Positions 23,000-35,900 of a stretch of DNA of 64,000 nt are shown one piece after another. The stretch comes from Ylistrum balloti (lineage: Eukaryota), in assembly GCF_031769215.1 (NCBI RefSeq), contig NW_026782173.1, positions 2,604,001 through 2,668,000 of the forward strand, read 5' to 3'. The notes beneath the pieces were generated by a model, which saw only the letters and a list, made by a program, of their open reading frames with translations, did no database searches and had not been told where the DNA came from. A program made the position numbers and the translations under genes. Positions within the stretch are counted from its first letter, which is position 1, and every line of letters starts with the position of its first letter.

Positions 23000-25900
23000 A
23001 GGTCCTTGTGAATTTCCGTTGCGTAATACTGTCCTTTCTGGAAATATTCATTCTTTCCTGAAGAGTATGACCGCCCTCTCCTGTAGCGAGTGACCGCCGT
23101 TTAAAGACATATCAATGCTTTCGTGTAGTGTATGACCATCCTTTCATCGGCACCCTTTCTTATCGTGTATGAATATATCTTCCTGTCGTGTATGACTATA
23201 TCTACCTGTCGTGTATGACTATATTTACCTGCCGTGTAAGACTATGTCTTCCTGTCGTGTATGACTGTATCTACCTGTCGTGTATGACTATATCTTCCTG
23301 TCGTGTATGACTATATCTTCCTGTCGTGTATGACTATATCTACCTGTCGTGTATGACTATATCTACCTATAGTGTATGACTATATCTACCTGTCGTGTAT
23401 GACTGTATCTTCCTGTCGTGTATGACTATATCTTCCTGTCGTGTATGACTATATCTACCTATAGTGTATGACTATATCTACCTGTCGTGTATGACTATAT
23501 CTACCTATAGTGTATGACTATATCTACCTGTCGTGTATGACTGTATCTTCCTGTCGTGTATGACTATATCTTCCTGTCGTGTATGACTATATCTACCTGT
23601 CGTGTATGACTATATCTACCTATATTATATGACTATATCTACCTGTCGTGTATGACTATATCTACCTATCGTGTATGACTATGTCTTCCTGTCGTGTATG
23701 ACTATATCTACCTGTCGTGTATGACTATATCTACCTGTCGTGTATGACTATATCTACCTGTCGTGTATGACTATATCTACCTGTCGTGTATGACTATATC
23801 TACCTGTCGTGTATGACTATATCTACCTGTCGTGTATGACTGTATCTTCCTGTCGTGTATGACTATATCTTCCTGTCGTGTATGACTATATCTACCTATA
23901 GTGTATGACTATATCTACCTGTCGTGTATGTCTATATCTACCTGTCGTGTATGACTATATCTACCTGTCGTGTATGACTATATCTACCTATAGTATATGA
24001 CTATATCTACCTGTCGTGTATGACTATATCTACCTATCGTGTATGACTATATTTACCTGTCGTGTATGACTATATCTTCCTGTCGTGTATGGCTATATCT
24101 TCCTGTCGTGTATGACTATATCTACCTGTCGTGTATGACTATATCTACTTGTCGTGTATGACTATATTTACCTGTCGTGTATGACTATATCTTCCTGTCG
24201 TGTATTGCTATATCTTCCTGTCGTGTATGACTATATCTACCTGTCGTGTATGACTATATCTACCTATAGTGTATGACTATATCTACCTGTCGTGTATGAT
24301 TGTATCTTCCTGTCGTGTATGACTATATCTACCTGTCGTGTATGACTATATCTACCTGTCGTGTATGATTATATCTTCCTGTCGTGTATGACTATATTTA
24401 CCTGTCGTGTATGACTATATCTTCCTGTCGTGTATGACTATATCTTCCTGTCGTGTATGACTATATCTACCTGTCGTGTATGACTATATATACCTGTCGT
24501 GTAACTATATCTTCCTGTCGTGTATGACTATATCTTCCTGTCGTGTATGACTATATCTACCTGTCGTGTATGACTATATCTACCTGTCGTGTATGACTAT
24601 ATCTTCCTGTCGGTATGACTATATCTTCCTGTCGTGTATGACTATATCTACCTGTCGTGTATGGTTATATCTTCCTGTCGTGTATGACTATATTTACCTG
24701 TCGTGTATGACTATATCTACCTGTCGTGTATGACTATATCTACCTCTCGTGTATGACTATATCTTCCTGTCGTGTATGACTATATCTTCCTGTCGTGTAT
24801 GGCTATATCTTCCTGTCGTGTATGACTATATATACCTGTCGTGTATGACTATATGTACCTGTCGTGTATGACTATATGTACCTATCGTGTATGACTATAT
24901 ATACCTGTCGTGTATCTGTCGTGTATGACTATATCTACCTGTCGTGTATGACTATATCTACCTGTCGTGTATGACTATATCTTTCTGTCGTGTATGATTA
25001 TATTTTCCTGTCGTGTATTGCCGCCAATTTAGACATACCCAAACTTTCCTGTAATGTATAACTATATATCCATGTCGTAAATGACCACCCTTTCCTGTTG
25101 CGCGTGACCGCGCTTTGAGGACATATCCACTAATTCCTGTCGTGTACGACCGTCTTTTTTGTATATATCTAGGAATCTCTGTCGTTTGTAATCGCCTTTT
25201 TCGCGGATGTCAGGTTTCCTGTCGTGTGTGACCGCCCGGAGTTTGTGACATTTACCAAGATTACCTTGTCATCCTAAATATAATGTTCCAGGAACAAAAT
25301 AATCAGACTGACCGTATGATGGTGTATACAGTCGGACATATTAGACATATAAAGCAGACTTATCGATCTCTGACATCGCATGGCTGACACGTTATTTGAT
25401 CTAACGTTATTAATAACCGGTAATGTACAGGTTTGATCTCCAAATGGTCCACCAGATCCGACCGTCGATTCAGATTTTTCATATGAAAATGAGTAGGGTT
25501 CGGATTTCAAACAGCAGAATGTCATTTGCATGTCGATGTCTTTGCTACTTCTGAAAGAGATAAAGATGAGCCAGAACATCTCTTTGTCATGAAAAAGTAA
25601 TGGTAATAATACGGGTATTTTATGTCTATATAGTATAACCGTATGAAAAGGTACAAGCCTCAGAACCGTTGTACATGTGCTCCACTACAGTACACTCTTT
25701 GGTAAGTTTGTACTAAGGTAACCTTGACCACAATCTTCAAAACCTGCTGTTACCACTGTGTTACAATGTGGTATTAACTGCAGTGTCTGTATTTCTCATA
25801 AATATGATGGTCATGAAATGAAGCTTTATAAAGGTGATGAAACATGGGATCATATGGATTCTTTCACAGTCTTCAACTGAAAAAGTTTGGGACCAATCAG

Positions 25901-26945
25901 ATCCATATTTTTATATTGCTTTTCAGTGAATAACAACGACCGGTCTGTCCCCGGGGTCAACTGTTACAGAGCAAAGAATCAGATTGAGACCAATACCTGG
26001 ATATCTTTAGTCACCGTATCAGGTAAATAGCTGTTCATGTTTTAGAAAATTGGTAACGTTTTACCATAGGTACAACGGAATGCTTTCAAGTCATTAAGAA
26101 AATTTCAGTAAGTTGGGTTACGAGCTTGTGTCCGATCAAGTGATAATTTGATATTTCCTTTGTATTGTGACTGGCTTTGGGAACGTTTCATGGAGTTACA
26201 AACCAGATCTGTACCTGATTACGAAGATTTAGCTCATCTTAACAATGATATATATGTATAGTGTACATTATAGTAATAAGAACAATTACACTGTAATAAA
26301 TGCCTTTGGTACCCGTATAACTTAAAGTTTGAATATAAGGAAAACAAACAGCATACTTATTTTCACTTTTGGAAAATAAACAGATATGAATACTGTACCT
26401 AAGCGTACATGGCGAGAGAATGCATAATAAACAAGTTTCAAACATTCAACGACTTAATCCTTTCACTTTGAAACTTAAAAATGAATTTATCCATTAATAT
26501 GAAACTATTTTGAATAAGCAAATATATGGTGTTTCACTATATCAGTGTTTCCTTTGTAAATGTCTTCTTTTTTATGTAAAACGATTTTGTTTTGTATATG
26601 TACATGTCTTAGGTACATCAAAAACAAGTCTCAACATAAGATTAAAATGTCAGAACCTTTGCCACATATAAGAATAAAATTATAAAATATGCGAACATCA
26701 TGAAACGAAAAAACAGATACCATTAAGTTGAGACATTAGAAGTACACAATGAACACACACATTCCTGCTTGGCCCTCTAAAATTATGAGAATTCAATAAA
26801 TTACCGTGTGATCTCGATTATGCCCCTGCTACATCCCAAAAATGATGGAATGTTGCCTGGAAGATTACGTCGAATCTATTTCTTATATCTCTTTGAACGA
26901 TCGTCTCTTTTGCACGTTTGACAAGCATCACAGAGAGGATTTGTT
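23000..26945 (-). repeat. Right arm of the large inverted duplication
   Basis: Reverse-complement match to 11300-14800; lacks the 12830-14175 LINE and carries an expanded 23-bp array. Confidence 0.92.
23165..25020. repeat. 23-bp tandem minisatellite, ~80 copies
   Basis: Unit TCGTGTATGACTATATCT(A/T)CCTG; starts at 23301 and 23324 give a 23-bp period. Confidence 0.98.
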
Positions 26946-29900
26946 CACTTCAACTTAATAACAAAACGAGATAAACATAGGCGTCATTTTTAAAAGAGTG
27001 AGTATGTTTCAGTGTTCCACCTACATGTATATTAATCGTACTTACAAATAACATACAATGATCATGACAAATACGTTTAATTTAAACATTGTACATGTAT
27101 TGCAAATGTTTCTATATATATCAGTCTCGTCGCCATATATGTTTGTACTCGTCACACACTTGTGGGCTATTGTTTAATTGTGTATAATGTTCTGCGTCTG
27201 TAGTGTTTTACGTGTTCTGTTTAATATGCTTTTTATGACATATGACTTGACTGACCAATTATTGGCCTAGAATGACTACTCACTGTTTCCCACGTCGTAA
27301 AAGCTGAATACGCGTAAGTGGACAAGTCCAGCTTGGGACTCGGGTGTGACCAGATCTACACAGAAACTTATTATTTCCAGTGGTGTAAGTTCGTATTTTG
27401 TATCTTGTGTTAAATTCTCACTGACTTAGATGCATTTCCTGACTTCTTTCAAATATCATTAAAGAAAATTTGGACTGAAACAATGTACAGGTACAGTGTA
27501 TAAATAAAAGTCGTACCTTGACTACCCAAAGATTAAGAAAAACTACTTTCTTCCTATTGAGGCCTTACTTAGCATTCCATCGCCTTTTGGCTTTATGTTT
27601 AAATGTCCCTAATAAAGATTTCTAGGAATCTGTAACATTTTGTAGTTAAGTGGTGATATTATCATCGTATTTTTCCAAAAGGTGTCCACATAAATTTCCT
27701 TTCGTTCATATCTTTTCCTCGATTCAGTGATGTTGAGGATCTAGATTCCATTAACATTTCGGTACTTTCCCTCTGTCTGACGCTCAGCACTATAAGGGCT
27801 TACCAAGAAGGCCTAGTGTATTAGGACCGAAATCATACCAAATTTCTTGTGATGTTATATTTCTTCTTTGAAACGGCTCTATAGAGTTGGCTATTAACAG
27901 TTCATTTCAAGTAAAGATCGCTTTTTATTTTTATTTTGGAATTTCGGACATCATTAGCATGAAGGTCGTATCTAGACGGAAGATCGAGCCGTTCGCAATC
28001 GTTTTTATACAAATATCATGCCCTCGGCCGATATTTTCCTACCAGGTCGACATACAAATGCAACACAATATTGACCTCACCAAGGGTCCATAATTGATCA
28101 ATTTAGTATCGCTTAGTCTGACATGTCATGAAAGTATATTCAGAGTCTCTAACACTTACCTTCGCGTTTTAAACGTCTAGTTAAGAACGGTCTTTGGTGT
28201 AATAAAGCATTATTTATTTATTAATAACTTGAAACAAAAAGTATAAAATATGAATTGTACCGTTGTTTGTGCAAACGTATAATATTATTAAGGAAATGGT
28301 TTTCATAAAATACATGTTTTAATTTGTTTTATCCAACAATCATCAATACATTACATGTAACTTCATTGGCTTAAGGTACGATGTGAAATCATTATCGGAT
28401 ATAGCGAGAAATGTATCCTGTAATTCTTGTGTCCATTAGACTGATACTATCATACCTAATTGGTCCATGCAACAGGAAGTCCCTACATTAATTGGGCAGT
28501 CCGCTGTACTTTCATGTTCTTAAAAATCAGCGACATGATTATATGTTTTTTTCACTTACATGTTTATATTTATTCACATTACAATAAACAGAACACTTTG
28601 TAACTCTTTTAAAAACTGATATAAAATAATCTTTATATAAATGCAGTTGTGACCGGGACTTGTTCTCTCGCATTTTTAATATGCAGACTTGCTTTTAATT
28701 ATCTTAGCATATTTTTAAGATTTCAGTAACCAATTACATGTAAACTTTTATCTCACTCGATTTACGTTTAAAACCTCGTCATCATTCAGGACTATTTTTA
28801 TGAAGTCGTATTGGGATTAGTCCCTGAATGAGTCAGTATAAGTGTAATTACAAACTACTTTCATTTTCGTCTCTTTTACTTGATCTGCTACACCAAACAA
28901 TACCATTTGATTCATTTATGTATAAACCTATTTTTAGCATTTTGAAAAATAAAATGGTCCGTTTTGTAATTTTTTTTCTTTATTAACGGATATACGGTAT
29001 ACAATAACCCTGGTGACGGTTTAATAACAACAAATACAGAGAGATAACTCTAATACACAGTGTGCGAAAAAAACAAAGGTATTAAATATTCTACGAATTA
29101 TAACTTAGATAATGTTCAATATCATTAAACTGTGGTTTTAATAAATATTTGACTCTAAACTTTATCTGTATACAATATATGTATATTCTTTTGTCGACTC
29201 AGATAGTCAGAACTTATAAAAATAAAGTATATAAATGCATGACTCCTATAGCAAGGGATACAACAAACAAGATATTTTACGGTTGCCTCCCTTTAATCAA
29301 TAAAACGTACATCAAATACGGAAAATGTAGCATTAACATACATAGACACTACAGTATCCAGTTTCTTTTCGTTGACTGCTGTTTTAACATAGAAAGTGAA
29401 AGTGGTAATTCTGTAGGTGGTGAGTTTTAGACAGGGAATTACCTGCGAAATGGATCTACTTGTTCATTTTCAGAAATCAAATAATACATTTTATAAATCG
29501 TTTTGGTTATCAGAACTTAAATCGCACATATAAGATATCTTAATAACTGAACGCCTGTCATCATAAGCGCAGGGGTCCGTTTTAGTGTTTCTGAGTGCTA
29601 ACCAATGCTTTGAAATAATGTAGAAATATTCCGGCATCTTTCGAAAATGTATGTATTGAGTAATGTTGCGTTACTTTTTGATACAAATTTTTAGCTAGGG
29701 TGAAACTTCTTCGAAAGAAAGCCATAAAAAGGGTGTTTCTACAACTTCATGATCGAAATATTGGCGGAGACAATCGTTCATCATTATCCCCAGTGTCCTT
29801 CAAATATCGGAGCGCTCCATCAGGCACCGGTTTCGGATTTTTTCACAGTTATTTGCTGACATTGGGTTGATTTTAAAGTGAATTAATGGAACGTACACTT

Positions 29901-30789
29901 TTACATGAAAATATATATATTGAAGCTGGATATATACATGTACATCAGATATGAAGTGGAAGTATACGGATATGCTCGAATCTTTCTAATTATAGGTATC
30001 CCCGAGGAGATCATTCCAGAAGCAGTGTACTATTGCTTATAACCTAAGATAACCACAAAACTTTATAATAAAATAGCAGAAGTATTAGTGATATGAACAA
30101 TACTTTCACATTCAAATATGTTAATACACAACAAATGTAATAATAGCGTAGTTTGATTTCTGTTAACTATAGAACCAAAGTCATTGCTTTTCTACCCCAA
30201 AGTCAACATCGTGAACATCGAAATCGGTTTTTAAGTGTTGGTCGCGTCGGACAACAGGGACAATGTCCTATTTTGGTTTCTCTTGTAAGAAATCCGTGCT
30301 TCCTAAGTCTATGATGTTTTCATGTCGCAATCAACATGAAAGAGTTTGTTCCGAATACCACAAGTTACGAGAAAGATATTAACAAATGATTCATTAACTT
30401 ACATCACAGGAATTCGAGAGATGCATGTTGAGGAAGATTACACCAAAGACATAAAGAGAACAACATGTCAATGTGATTAAAGTAAGATTAAATTAATTAA
30501 TTAAACTGCATCATACCGCCGTCCTTTTGGAAATTCAGAGATGGCCTAGATTGTTGTCATCTAGAGAAGGAGTAAATAAATGTAGAATGATTTATAGTGA
30601 AATATGTTGTTGGATATATTTTATGCTAGCTGAAATGTCAGGTGATTTCATTCTTCATGTAAGAAGGGCGACTGATTGTGGACATTCCCTGCAGGTCGAA
30701 TATGGTTCTCCTATGGCTTCTGTTAGTAGACATCGGAGATACCGAAAATGAGGTCCGCATACTCCACTACATGGCTGCTCTTTGTTCTT

Positions 30790-31340
30790 TGTCTTTCCTC
30801 ATACTAGACCTAATTTTTCTTGTCTTTCCTCATACTAGACCTAATTTTCCTCGTCTTTCCTCATACTAGACCTAATTTTCCTCGTCTTTCCTCATACTAG
30901 TCCTATTTTTTCTTGTCTTTCCTCATACTAGACCTAATTTTTATCGTCTTTCTTCATACTAGACCTAATTTTTCATGTCTTTCCTCATACTAGACCTAAT
31001 TTTTCTCGTCTTTCCTCATACTAGACCTAATTTTCCTCGTCTTTCCTCATACTAGACCTAATTTTCCTCGTTTTTCCTCATACTAGACCTAATTATCCTC
31101 GTCTTTCCTCATACTAGACCTAATTATCCTCGTCTTTCCTAATACTGGACCTAATTTTCCTCGTCTTTCCTCATACTAGACCTAATTTTTCTTGTCTTTC
31201 CTCATACTAGACCTAATTTTCCTCGTCTTTCCTCATACTAGACCTAATTTTTCTTGTCTTTCCTAATACTAGACCTAATTTTTCTTGTCTTTCCTAATAC
31301 TAGACCTAATTTTTCTTGTCTTTCCTCACACCAGACCTTA
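30790..31340. repeat. 31-bp tandem minisatellite, ~18 copies
   Basis: Unit TCTTTCCTCATACTAGACCTAATTTTCCTCG; starts at 30861 and 30892. Confidence 0.96.
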
Positions 31341-33689
31341 TTTGACGCTTGTTGCTTCGGACCCGTAAAATTCCGTCAAATCAGACAAAACCTATTTTAA
31401 ATGCGACATCATGAAATGGACTCATTATGATTTGACATGGCGTGTATTGTCGATGGGCCAGAAGTCGCTTACCCTTCCGAAACACCCTATCTTATCATCC
31501 TTATACCTTCTTCATGGGTCGTCTGTATACTTTTATATTCATATGATTCAAGTCTTAAACTATCATATATCATAACAACAATGACTGAAAGTTGCTCCTT
31601 GTACAATATTCCACAAAAAGTAATTTTCTATGGTTTGCTCGCCGTTGTTTATGAACGTGTTCCCTGTTTTAGGTAAACTCGCTGCTTTTGTTCATATTCA
31701 AAAGACCTTTTAAGTAGTTAACAAAACCATGAGATCACATCTGTTTCGTCATTCCAAGAGTAGCGTGATCGAAAGAAATGTCAAAAACTAGGATGAGCCA
31801 GGTGCACTTGCCGCATTACTCAACTAATGTCATAGTTTTCACAAATCGGATCATTTCAGAAGAACTACGATCATTTCATAACAATGAGAGAATAACAGAA
31901 TCGATTTCACTGACGTCAAGAGTTCGACCTGTTTACAGGAGGTCAGCTGTCACATCAACATCAAGGATTGAAACGGTCGTGCTGATCTGTCTCAAACGGT
32001 TTCAAAGACTTCATTCTCAGGCCATTGCCCGGATCATTATCTACAGAAATTATAGGGAATTAAACCCTACTTATCTGAGTGAGTGATGAAGTCCGTTATT
32101 ATCATAGACCTATATAATGTCAAACGATTTGCAGACTATCATTGATCCAGTGTAATTACTATGTATATTGAAGTAAAGGGTTACATGCTATCACAATTGA
32201 GTAACTTATAATTACTAAGGTTTTGTGTAACTAGACAACATAATTAGTAGGCACATACTATCGTTTATCACAGGATTGTACACGGCTACAGGTTTTTGTT
32301 TGTTGGAGAGTTCATATTTGATTCTTTGACTGTGACGGATATCGAAATAAAAACAAAAACGATTTTTAGAAAAAAAATCATGAGTCGTATTTGTTGTGGA
32401 GCGGGAAAGCAATGAAACACTACATTACTTTATTCAACGCGTGAGTGAAATATATACATTTTCAATGTATGTTACAGTGTGCGGATTATACCTAAATATA
32501 ACAGAAAAAAATCATTATAGACATATTCTGGCTGTTCGATGTGTCGTAATATCTTAAAGCGTTATAATGACTTTGTGGCTTGATATTACAATAGAATAGT
32601 GTTACGGTGGAACACGAAAACATCGAGAAAATCCATTGTCAAACCGACGAAGTATTGACTATTTTATAGGAATCTCTTTTGCAGTAGCTGTGCTTTTATT
32701 GAGTTGAGAAATCGCAAACTTCAACACTGGTTTGGAACAAACACAACTATATCAACAACAACAACGTGTCTTAAAAGACAACATCAGATGCAAAACAAGT
32801 ATGGCGCGTAAGTGATCGGGGCAACAACTGGTGTCAAATTAAAGTTAGGTATGCGACGATTCACTTCAGTTCGTGTCACGGAATAGAATAACGCACTTTT
32901 CGCACAACAGTTAATCTGGAACATGTAAGTAACATATTTAAATAACAGTCCTTCTCCGCCTTCCTCTCGATCTTCCAACAAGGGGCACAACCTTTTATAG
33001 CTTCTAATTAAGGACGCTCACCAGTAAGCATTGTGACAGGTATTTTAATTTTAATAATCACACATATTACATATTTATTTTGGTCACTCTGATGGAATTA
33101 AATATTGCTGACAATACTTTAACACATTGTCTACCTACCAATGCAAGTTTCTGAGTAGTCTATATACTGAGATATATTCAAACCCTTTCACTTCTTCAGT
33201 CCTAAACATTTAAGTTTGAAAGGAAAATGTCCATCACATGATACTAGGGCTCTCTATTTTGCTCTTCTCGATAAACATGAGGGGAGCATGGTCTATGCAC
33301 AATGCATATGGAGAAGTAGTCTCGCTCAGCTCATTAATATTCATGAGATAATTACGTCAAAACATTTGTGATGTCATCAAAACTTAAGGTTCGCCAAGTA
33401 TGGAAACCAGTGGTATGAGTGGGGTACATATTTTCCTTTACTTTTGACTCTACATCCATTATTAGATGTAGAGGCAAACAATCAATATCTTTTTATAGGT
33501 AAAATAATATTAATACAGTTTAAAGCATGAGTCTGTAATTTTATGCAACGTTCTAGGCTCTCTTATGACAACACAAGACATAACTAAAGATATAACGTGA
33601 TGGCAAAAAGGTTCAACATATATACAAACTTGTAAATAACAGCATGAAAAATTAAGAAAAATAAAAAGATTGGGGATGGAAGTGAAAGA

Positions 33690-33780
33690 AAGGGACAGGA
33701 GGATGTGGGTGGGTGGGTGGTGGGGACAGGAGGATGTGGGTGGGGGAGGACAGGAGGATGTGGGTGGGTGGGGGTTCTGG
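33690..33780 (+). repeat. G-rich short tandem repeat (3 x GGACAGGAGGATGTGGGTGGG...)
   Basis: Multiple GGG runs seen directly; G-quadruplex-competent pattern. Confidence 0.8.
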
Positions 33781-34229
33781 TTGCAACAGCTGTCCACTAG
33801 TTAGTATCAAACCTCTTACTTGATTTTATAAATTACTGTACAGCAAGTGCTATGTAACTATTTCCAAAGGACGATCAGCATCTCACCATATGACTTTATC
33901 AAGTTAGAGGACTGAATAGACACCAATGTTTGACACCAAACGATTTTATTTGAGGATTAGAACATTTGAACGCTCAAAATTATAATGATACGCATCTTTA
34001 TTTCCACCACCGCACTAACATTCAAACACAAACACCTATGTGGAATAAATCATTTTTAAGACCACTACATGTTTGTGCTAGAGAACAGAGAGGTATCGGT
34101 AACATATTACAACGTTAAGACAATTTAGTAAAACAGGTGGTACTGCTGATATTTTGATATTACATGTAGAAGTTGATGCGTCATTTTTCACAGAATCATC
34201 GAGACTTTCATAAATTGATTGAAGAAGGG

Positions 34230-35900
34230 ATCAATTATTTTTGAGAATGTCTCGGGATTACGAAACTCATGACAAAGGTACTAATCCATTATGCATCTTG
34301 TAAAAAGTAGAAAGTTTACATTTCTACATTTAAAGAAACCCAATCACTTTCACAGTAAAGTGCCCCATAAGAGGCAACAGATGATAGACCAGTTACAAAA
34401 TAGGCTGCTTCTAACTGTACCCTCTCATTTCAACAGATCAATCATCCCAAACACAAGAGACATATTCAGGAGTTGGCCTCATGAAACATGTAAATATGGT
34501 ATTAAATTTGTCTTTACTAGCTTTTTACTTCGGTTGTTTTAATGTAGATACTTAAAAAAACACTCCTAGGTAACATTGAGAGTAAGTGATCGGAAGCGGT
34601 TCATCATTACAAATAAGGTAGGGTTTATACCAAGTGGAAAAATGCAAGATGAGAAATGCATTACGTCCGTCTTAGCGGGATTGAAGCGCATCAGCAACTG
34701 ATAAGACCAGTCCTGAAAACGCTGAATATCATGGTGTAGGTTTTGTGCTATCATATTCAAATCTGCAGAAGAATCTTGGAGAGAAGAATCATTGGCAAAG
34801 AGTCTGGTAAATGTTTTCATAGGATCAACAAGATCATTAATGTAAAAGAAGAACAATAGAGGGTCAAGGCCAGATCCTTGCGGTACACCCGCCATATCAA
34901 ATGAATGAGTAGAGGAATTGTTTCCATAGACGACAGATTGTTGACGATTACTTAGATTGCTCGAGAACCAGGAAAATGTAAGGGACCATCAATGCCAAAC
35001 TAGCGAAGTTAAGGTCCATTATACCACACATTATCAAATGCCTTAGAGAGGTCGCAAAATACAACACACGAATATTCTTTGTTGAAACAATATTATGTCA
35101 ATGTTCGATCAGCTGTTAAACTGTTGCATGATCTGACAGAAATCCACAAATTGATATTAGTATAATATATTATTGTCCTTAGCAAATTTGAAGACATGTT
35201 TCAATACGCACCTTTCCGTTATTTTCGAAACACAACTCATCAGAGAAATAGGTCGATAACGAACACTCATGGATTTAAAGATTAAATAACAACATTAGAG
35301 GAAACGATAAGATTCTTGCCGTAGCTTTGAGCATTCTGTGACTTTATCAAGGTCGACTGCTTTACCAATATCAAGCCAAGGTCATTGTGAGCCAAAATGT
35401 TTTCAACTAATGAAGGCTGTAGGAAGAAAAGGTTAAATAAGATATCTCATATGGTCTGTTTCTTGTTAGGGGAAAATATGGGGACGTCTTGTAAAACCAA
35501 GTGTGGGTTATGAAAACGATCAATATCTCTAACGAAATTAAGTATTTCATTTAGTTCTACAGTGGTTAGGTGAAAAACTTTCAAAGTTTCTGGACCTGGA
35601 ACTACTGGTAGGAATGTGTAAAACATCTGAGCAGCCATCAAAATATAATTCACTATAGACATGGAATCACATGAATGATACAGGTGTATCTTCACCCTGT
35701 TGAAGGAAAGAATGGATGAGATATGCATAACATCTACGGGGCCCAGTAAGGACAACGTGTATAGTAAGGACAGGATAGTCATAGGCTAAGCATGCATCTA
35801 GAAATGTAGCCTACTTGGCATGATCATACATTGGCAAGAATTACGAGCAAGTTGAACAGGTAAAATAGTCCATGGTGGGTCTGCAGTAATTTTGGGGTCT
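34230..35900 (-). mobile_element. CR1/L2-group LINE relic (RT region)
   Basis: Minus strand YRPISLMS, FCDLSKAFDNVW, GVPQGSGLDPLLFFFYINDL, LFANDSSL (degenerate FADD), RPTPEYVSCVWD; many stops. Upstream boundary approximate. Confidence 0.85.

Noticed and set aside
25651-26110. Exon-like units in the inverted arms (for example 25927-26022, NNNDRSVPGVNCYRAKNQIETNTWISLVTVS; left-arm twin 12343-12438 with TAC to TAA)
   Set aside because: Splice sites look good, but all 8 differences between the arms are non-synonymous or nonsense, the next intron would be only 47 nt, and no homology is recognisable. Not supported as coding; a non-coding spliced transcript is not excluded.
30527-32086. Short ORFs 30527-30869, 31437-31676 and 31778-32086 as a gene
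   Set aside because: No recognisable domain and no consistent exon chain could be assembled.
35447-35782. 111-aa minus-strand ORF
   Set aside because: Lies within and collinear with the decayed CR1-group LINE; most likely a remnant of its pre-RT region.
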